Shown here piece after piece: positions 54,961 to 64,000 of a stretch of DNA of 64,000 bases. The notes below the pieces were generated by a model that saw only the letters and a program-made list of their open reading frames with translations, was not told where the DNA came from and ran no database searches. Numbering within the stretch: the stretch's first letter is position 1; every line of letters starts with the position of its first letter. The DNA comes from Eledone cirrhosa (Eukaryota), in the NCBI GenBank assembly GCA_964016885.1, contig OZ024740.1:369644001-369708000 (forward strand), given 5' to 3'. The position numbers and the translations under genes are program-made.

Positions 54961-54964
<4 letters not shown>
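54861..54964. repeat. ~50-bp-arm hairpin next to (TA)n
   Basis: gtataaagaaaaagagatgaaatcgaaaatgcaact..tcttattttt followed by its inverse. Confidence 0.9.
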
Positions 54965-54995
<31 letters not shown>

Positions 54996-55099
54996 GATAA
55001 ATCTACCAAGAGTTTACGGTAGTGTCCAATCCGTATGAAGAACTCAATGTATTCCGGATATCATGGAAAGAAGAGATGTAATGAAAAACCACTTTCGGT

Positions 55100-56152
55100 G
55101 AAAGATAAACGGTATACAGAGTCAAGATAAAATATTAAACAAATAATGAATAAACAATTCCTTATATTAAACAAAAAAAGTTCATTATTTAACGATCGTT
55201 TCTAGGATATATATGTGTTAGAATTGGTATGCATATTCAACAGATCTATGTACAAAATTATACAAAATTATACAAATTATCAAGATTAAATATACATACC
55301 AAACACATATATACGCCGTCTTCAGAAATAATGAAGTATATTTATTGATAATAACAACAATTCAAAATTTCAGTTCAAAATTGACCAATGAAAACACAAA
55401 GGGTTAAATGCAGTTCGGTGTGTGTATATACATGTAAAACCCTTACACATATTTTACAAAAATGTATGTATAATTTGTATACGCATACTAAAAGGATGGA
55501 TGCAAATACAAAATTTCAAGGTTAATGTCTCTGTAAGCTTACAATGCGCAGATAAGATGCGCATTGATACTTATGAAGTCAAGTATATAAATATATTTTT
55601 ACATACTCACACATATCAGTACAATCACACATACACGCGCGTATATGCATAAATATACACATAACCACGAACATACAAACACACACACACCCCCACTCAC
55701 ATTTATATATGTGGATATAAAATCATAAGCACATGGATATTAATTCACTCACATAAAACACTGGCACACACATTTTTAGATCAAGATACAGAAATTAGGT
55801 GGGAGGGGGGGGGAGGGGTCAGTAATCAACTGTCTGAGCAGACTGCCTAATATAAATGTATCTATAAATTAAGAAAAATAAAAAAATAAAACAATAAAAT
55901 ATAATAAATATAATATAATATACATACACATACAGATATATACACATACATACATGTACACACACATAGAAATATTTACGCATACACACATACGCACATA
56001 CATATACAGTCATACACACACATACACCTACACGAACATACACATACACATATATAAAGATATATATATATACACACACACACACGCAACACATACACAC
56101 ATACACATATATATAAAAAATAAATAATAAAGATATATACATATATATATAT

Positions 56153-56184
<32 letters not shown>

Positions 56185-56579
56185 ATATACATACACATAC
56201 ATCTAAATATACATACACATACATACACACATACATGTACATACATGTACATACATATACGTACATCGATATACATATATATATATATATATATACACAC
56301 ACATAGACATATAGATACATACACACACAACTTACATACACACATATATATATACATGTATATTCATACATAGAATTAGATATATAATCATACATACATA
56401 TGCACTTACTTATACTCATATATACAAATACATACGCATCCATATATGCGTATATACATAAAAAACCACTACAACCTCACCTAACTCAGACATACAAATA
56501 AAAATAATAATAAAAAGGCATATGTATATACATACACACACGCATTAATAGAGATATATATATACACACATACATACAC

Positions 56580-56636
<57 letters not shown>

Positions 56637-56647
56637 TACACTCATAC

Positions 56648-56678
<31 letters not shown>

Positions 56679-56899
56679 GATATCCACACACTCATACCAC
56701 CATAAATACACATACAAACACCCACATATACATATATATACACACGTATATATATATATATATATATACACACACATAAAAAACAGACATGCACATATAT
56801 ATATATTTTTTTACACTTATATATACACATATTATATACACATACACAATCTCACTTATACACACATACACATAAGTTATATTATAATAATAAAGAATA

Positions 56900-56942
<43 letters not shown>

Positions 56943-57032
56943 CATACATACATACATATACATACATACATATAAACATATACATACATAAATACACACA
57001 TACGAATATAGACATATATTCACACATAGACA

Positions 57033-57089
<57 letters not shown>

Positions 57090-58207
57090 ATATACACAGA
57101 CACATATACACACTCACATATATATATATGTGTGTGTGCGTGCACACACACATATATACACACACACACACATATACACATAAACACATATATATGCATA
57201 CATGCACACACACGCACATATATCACATAGATACGAAGATAAACATATAAATAGAGAGACATACATATATATACAACACACATACACACACATACATACA
57301 CACGCATATACATATACATATATATATACATATATATATTCCTATATATACATGCATACACATATATACACATATATACACATACATACACATATACGTA
57401 CACACATTCACATACACATACATATATAATGCATATATACACATATATACATACATATACACACTCATATATACACACGCAATCTTACATTCATATTTGC
57501 ATGCGCATATATGTATTTTTATATTTAGATATAAATACCCAAACCTATATAGACACCTACCTACATATATATTCATACATAGACGCTTACAAATACAGAT
57601 GATAATAGTATGGGGGAAAGGGGGGGTTTGGAGAAGGGGATCAAAGTAAATATATGTTTCAAGAAACATAAAATATTTTCCGTATCTTTATCCAATGTAT
57701 GTTCTTACATATTTTCAGTGTTAGGAAATACAGCAAACAAGAACTAAGGCAAAATCTATGCATCTCAAAATAAATAAGTATACCATTAATCATATGTTAA
57801 CTAAACCAAAGATAGTCAACATATTGATTTCTAAGGTGTAAATTAGTTAGGTTTATAATATTTGAAGCAGAATTTTGAAGTTAAACAGTAGTAGATTATT
57901 AATTACAGTATAACTAAATTAAAGTTAATAACGTTATGGTATCAATATTAGGAAATGAATTTAGTAATAGGGAAAAAAACCCAAATAAAAATAAAATAAA
58001 GTATTACATCGGTAGTAGAATATAAATTATATGTTAACTAAATTAAAAATTATATATTTATTTCAATAGTATATGTTAATTAGGTATACAATACATAAAG
58101 CAGATATTGTATTTCATCAATAGCATAATATAATTATATGCAAATAGAAATCAAAATTAATACGCATACATATACATATACATACACATACATATATACA
58201 TATACAT

Positions 58208-58250
<43 letters not shown>

Positions 58251-59231
58251 TACATACATACACATATACATACACACACACACATACACATACACATATA
58301 CATATACATATTTTTTTCAAAAAATTGCATAGAATATATTAACTAGGTATATATCCAAAACACATCCCATTCTATGATTACATGACATTCTGCAATTCGT
58401 CTGTATAAGGATACTAATTTTAAGCAAATTAAAATTAAAATTTTTAGGTTGATTAAAACTAAAACCAAATAATAAATATATTTCTAAAATGTATATTAAT
58501 TAGGTCTATAATACTAAAAATTATTTCTCTGTCATTGGATACACGATATTATTTTGTTATATTTTATCTGTAAAAGAATTATAATAAAAGGTTTAAATAA
58601 ATTAAAATTAATCTATAAATTAAATTACTAAGTATATATTAGTAATATTTAAAGGTTTTTCACAATTTATGATTACATAATATTTTATATTCTCATCTGT
58701 AATAAAATATTAATTAAATAACATTTAAATTAAATTAATTTCTAAAATAATGTTATTAATTAGGTTTATAATATTTAAATGTTTTTTTTAGTTTATGATT
58801 ACACGATATAATTAATTCCTGTCGTTTATTTAATAAGATATCCTTAGACTTCATTATTTCAAATAGTTCTTGGGAACATAATCTACATTCATTTCTATTA
58901 TTTTGATAAGGGGTGGCTCTTTTGAGCACACTCCAGGTCAAATCATATTTTATATTCTTATTTTTATAACTATTGATTTTTTCTGCTAGAGATGTTGTAT
59001 TAGCCAGTGCGGCATTTTTAAAACTATGCTTGTGGGTATTAAACCTTGTCTTAAAATTGTTAGAGGTAGCTCCTATATATGAGCAAATAGAATCTTTAGT
59101 TTTAACATTACATTTATAGACTATGTTGTTAACAAGACAATTCCCTTTTAATGGGCAGTTTGCTTTGTTTCTACAGTTACATCCTTTCGTTAATTCTGTA
59201 TTTGAGGAGATATTATGGTTAATTTGATGTA
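55100..59231 (-). mobile_element. Inverted 3' copy (GIY-YIG plus pLTR) of the adjacent PLE
   Basis: 55850-59231 is the near-exact reverse complement of 60619-64000, and the track shows mirrored identical ORFs. The left boundary is approximate. Confidence 0.92.
55181..55335 (-). ncRNA. Type I hammerhead ribozyme with very long stem II
   Basis: ttcattattt CTGAAGA [tatatatgtgtt..ttggtatgtatatttaa / ttgaatatgcataccaa..aacacatatata] GAAA cgatcg TT aaataatgaa, 10-bp stem I. Confidence 0.85.
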
Positions 59232-61094
59232 GACTTATATGTCCCTCCAAATCAGATATTGGAATAATTAGCAAAAAAATTTTAGATAGAGTCATCCCAC
59301 AAATAAGAAAACACGTTATTTTACCACTCTGGGAAAACACCTCCCAGGTAATTAACTGGTTTAAAAATATTAGGTGTAAATCTTCTGCTTCTTTCCTACA
59401 ATTTGATATAGATAATTACTATTCTTCTATATCACCTATACTCCTGAACAAAGCATTGATATTTGCTAAAAATAGATCTAATTTAACTTTGGATGACATT
59501 AACATTATTACACATGCTAGACTAACACTTATTGAATTTCAGAATGAATACTGGACCAGAAACACATACAGTAATCTTTTTGATATTACTATGGGTTCAA
59601 GCGATTCCGCCCAAATTACTGATCTTGTGGGCCTCTTTCTCCTTTTCAACATAAATGCCTCTTTTCCCCACCTCAAAGGTGGTTTATATCGTGATGACTG
59701 TCTTCTTCTTTCTAACAACCTTAGCCTTTCAGAAATCGAAAAAAACAAAAAACATATTCGAACTTTCCTTAAAGACTATTATAATCTTAATATTACTTTT
59801 GAAAAAACAAGTAAAGTAGTAAATTTCCTAGATATAACTTTAGATTTAGCTACGGGTATCTACCAACCTTACCATAAACCTAACCAAAACTTACATTACA
59901 TACACTCACAATCTAATCACCCTAAATCTATCCTTAAAAACCTTGCATATAATATATCACTTAGAATTTCTAACCTTTCTTCTAACCAAGATGTATTTGA
60001 TAAAAATGCGACCTTCTATAACGAAGCTCTAGATAGAAGTGGCCACAAAAATAGATTAGAGTATATACCTTCTACTAAGAATACTGAAAGCATACAACAT
60101 AATATTACCAACAAACACCAAATGAAAAGTACACACCTAAATGCCACCCACACTATACCCCAAAATACTAAATCTTCTAATATAAAGTATAGTAACTCTC
60201 AAAAAACTACTCATCATACAACTATAATAAATATTTAATAATAAAACTCCTAATAAAAAGGATAAAACACCTAAATCTACAAATATAACTAAAAATAGTT
60301 GTGGTGAGATCATTAACATTAATCCTCCTAGTAAAAATCACGATACAACCTATAAAAATAATAAAAATAATAAACAACATAGAAACCGTAATAGACGGGT
60401 TACTTGGTATAATGCTCCCTTTAATTTACAAGTTAAGGATAATATTGCTAAAAAATTTTTTTATATCCTTGAGAAAAACTTCCCGCCAAACCACAAATAC
60501 CATCAAATCTTAAATAGGTCTACAGTTAAATTCTCATACTCTACAACAAATAACATAAAACAAAATATAAGTGCATATAATGCATATAAATGTAAGAAAA
60601 CCATAAGTATAGCACCAGTACATCAAATTAACCATAATATCTCCTCAAATACAGAATTAACGAAAGGATGTAACTGTAGAAACAAAGCAAACTGCCCATT
60701 AAAAGGGAATTGTCTTGTTAACAACATAGTCTATAAATGTAATGTTAAAACTAAAGATTCTATTTGCTCATATATAGGAGCTACCTCTAACAATTTTAAG
60801 ACAAGGTTTAATACCCACAAGCATAGTTTTAAAAATGCCGCACTGGCTAATACAACATCTCTAGCAGAAAAAATCAATAGTTATAAAAATAAGAATATAA
60901 AATATGATTTGACCTTGAGTGTGCTCAAAAGAGCCACCCCTTATCAAAATAATAGAAATGAATGTAGATTATGTTCCCAAGAACTATTTGAAATAATGAA
61001 GTCTAAGGATATCTTATTAAATAAACGACAGGAATTAATTATATCGTGTAATCATAAACTAAAAAAAACATTTAAATATTATAAACCTAATTAA
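59232..61094 (+). pseudogene. PLE RT (LYRDD) plus CxCx5C linker and GIY-YIG, apparent frameshift in the linker near 60230
   Basis: LICPSKSDIG, QFDIDNYYSSI, FDITMGS.DSA, GGLYRDD, NFLDITLDL, TWYNAPF, CNCRNKANCPLKGNCL and IVYKC..YIGAT. Confidence 0.92.
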
Positions 61095-61599
61095 TAACAT
61101 TATTTTAGAAATTAATTTAATTTAAATGTTATTTAATTAATATTTTATTACAGATGAGAATATAAAATATTATGTAATCATAAATTGTGAAAAACCTTTA
61201 AATATTACTAATATATACTTAGTAATTTAATTTATAGATTAATTTTAATTTATTTAAACCTTTTATTATAATTCTTTTACAGATAAAATATAACAAAATA
61301 ATATCGTGTATCCAATGACAGAGAAATAATTTTTAGTATTATAGACCTAATTAATATACATTTTAGAAATATATTTATTATTTGGTTTTAGTTTTAATCA
61401 ACCTAAAAATTTTAATTTTAATTTGCTTAAAATTAGTATCCTTATACAGACGAATTGCAGAATGTCATGTAATCATAGAATGGGATGTGTTTTGGATATA
61501 TACCTAGTTAATATATTCTATGCAATTTTTTGAAAAAAATATGTATATGTATATGTGTATGTGTATGTGTGTGTGTGTATGTATATGTGTATGTATGTA

Positions 61600-61642
<43 letters not shown>

Positions 61643-62760
61643 ATGTATATGTATATATGTATGTGTATGTATATGTATATGTATGCGTATTAATTTTGAT
61701 TTCTATTTGCATATAATTATATTATGCTATTGATGAAATACAATATCTGCTTTATGTATTGTATACCTAATTAACATATACTATTGAAATAAATATATAA
61801 TTTTTAATTTAGTTAACATATAATTTATATTCTACTACCGATGTAATACTTTATTTTATTTTTATTTGGGTTTTTTTCCCTATTACTAAATTCATTTCCT
61901 AATATTGATACCATAACGTTATTAACTTTAATTTAGTTATACTGTAATTAATAATCTACTACTGTTTAACTTCAAAATTCTGCTTCAAATATTATAAACC
62001 TAACTAATTTACACCTTAGAAATCAATATGTTGACTATCTTTGGTTTAGTTAACATATGATTAATGGTATACTTATTTATTTTGAGATGCATAGATTTTG
62101 CCTTAGTTCTTGTTTGCTGTATTTCCTAACACTGAAAATATGTAAGAACATACATTGGATAAAGATACGGAAAATATTTTATGTTTCTTGAAACATATAT
62201 TTACTTTGATCCCCTTCTCCAAACCCCCCCTTTCCCCCATACTATTATCATCTGTATTTGTAAGCGTCTATGTATGAATATATATGTAGGTAGGTGTCTA
62301 TATAGGTTTGGGTATTTATATCTAAATATAAAAATACATATATGCGCATGCAAATATGAATGTAAGATTGCGTGTGTATATATGAGTGTGTATATGTATG
62401 TATATATGTGTATATATGCATTATATATGTATGTGTATGTGAATGTGTGTACGTATATGTGTATGTATGTGTATATATGTGTATATATGTGTATGCATGT
62501 ATATATAGGAATATATATATGTATATATATATGTATATGTATATGCGTGTGTATGTATGTGTGTGTATGTGTGTTGTATATATATGTATGTCTCTCTATT
62601 TATATGTTTATCTTCGTATCTATGTGATATATGTGCGTGTGTGTGCATGTATGCATATATATGTGTTTATGTGTATATGTGTGTGTGTGTGTATATATGT
62701 GTGTGTGCACGCACACACACATATATATATATGTGAGTGTGTATATGTGTCTGTGTATAT

Positions 62761-62817
<57 letters not shown>

Positions 62818-62907
62818 TGTCTATGTGTGAATATATGTCTATATTCGTATGTGTGTATTTATGTATGTATATGTTTATATGTATGTATGTATATGTATGT
62901 ATGTATG

Positions 62908-62950
<43 letters not shown>

Positions 62951-63211
62951 TATTCTTTATTATTATAATATAACTTATGTGTATGTGTGTATAAGTGAGA
63001 TTGTGTATGTGTATATAATATGTGTATATATAAGTGTAAAAAAATATATATATATGTGCATGTCTGTTTTTTATGTGTGTGTATATATATATATATATAT
63101 ATACGTGTGTATATATATGTATATGTGGGTGTTTGTATGTGTATTTATGGTGGTATGAGTGTGTGGATATCTATGTGTATATATATATATATATATATAT
63201 GTATGAGTGTA

Positions 63212-63242
<31 letters not shown>

Positions 63243-63656
63243 GTGTATATATATATATATATATATGTGTATGTATGTGTGTATATATATATCTCTATTA
63301 ATGCGTGTGTGTATGTATATACATATGCCTTTTTATTATTATTTTTATTTGTATGTCTGAGTTAGGTGAGGTTGTAGTGGTTTTTTATGTATATACGCAT
63401 ATATGGATGCGTATGTATTTGTATATATGAGTATAAGTAAGTGCATATGTATGTATGATTATATATCTAATTCTATGTATGAATATACATGTATATATAT
63501 ATGTGTGTATGTAAGTTGTGTGTGTATGTATCTATATGTCTATGTGTGTGTATATATATATATATATATATGTATATCGATGTACGTATATGTATGTACA
63601 TGTATGTACATGTATGTGTGTATGTATGTGTATGTATATTTAGATGTATGTGTATG

Positions 63657-63697
<41 letters not shown>

Positions 63698-64000
63698 ATA
63701 TATATATATGTATATATCTTTATTATTTATTTTTTATATATATGTGTATGTGTGTATGTGTTGCGTGTGTGTGTGTGTATATATATATATCTTTATATAT
63801 GTGTATGTGTATGTTCGTGTAGGTGTATGTGTGTGTATGACTGTATATGTATGTGCGTATGTGTGTATGCGTAAATATTTCTATGTGTGTGTACATGTAT
63901 GTATGTGTATATATCTGTATGTGTATGTATATTATATTATATTTATTATATTTTATTGTTTTATTTTTTTATTTTTCTTAATTTATAGATACATTTATAT
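59232..64000 (+). mobile_element. Young Penelope-like element (Nematis-like), 5'-truncated, runs off the window
   Basis: RT, linker and GIY-YIG followed by an AT-rich, microsatellite-rich 3' region. Confidence 0.92.

Noticed and set aside
58756-59340. Stand-alone minus-strand GIY-YIG nuclease gene
   Set aside because: The ORF is created by the inversion junction at 59231, and its N-terminus is antisense RT sequence.

Overview
AT-rich, microsatellite-dense animal genomic DNA with no host gene I can support. The (TA)n/(TG)n density and a repeated tRNA-derived SINE suggest a cephalopod such as Octopus (inference). Most ORFs in the track are translations of simple repeats. The window is almost entirely transposons: several Penelope-like elements (PLEs; RT plus C-terminal GIY-YIG), a complete but disabled Gypsy LTR element (23431-29353), an L1/Tx1-like LINE, RTE LINEs, an R4-like RT remnant, a Helitron Rep fragment, a mariner remnant and SINEs. 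The main non-coding signal, read by eye, is a dense set of type I hammerhead ribozyme (HHR) motifs: about 10 with intact catalytic cores and about 10 degenerate or half copies, from several unrelated sequence families. They sit in PLE pseudo-LTRs and in short non-coding fold-back (inverted-repeat) elements embedded in (TA)n tracts. One of these has a circularly permuted ~440-nt unit resembling a retrozyme. A very young PLE at the right end carries kilobases of microsatellite mosaic, duplicated as a near-perfect inverted repeat of at least 3.4 kb.
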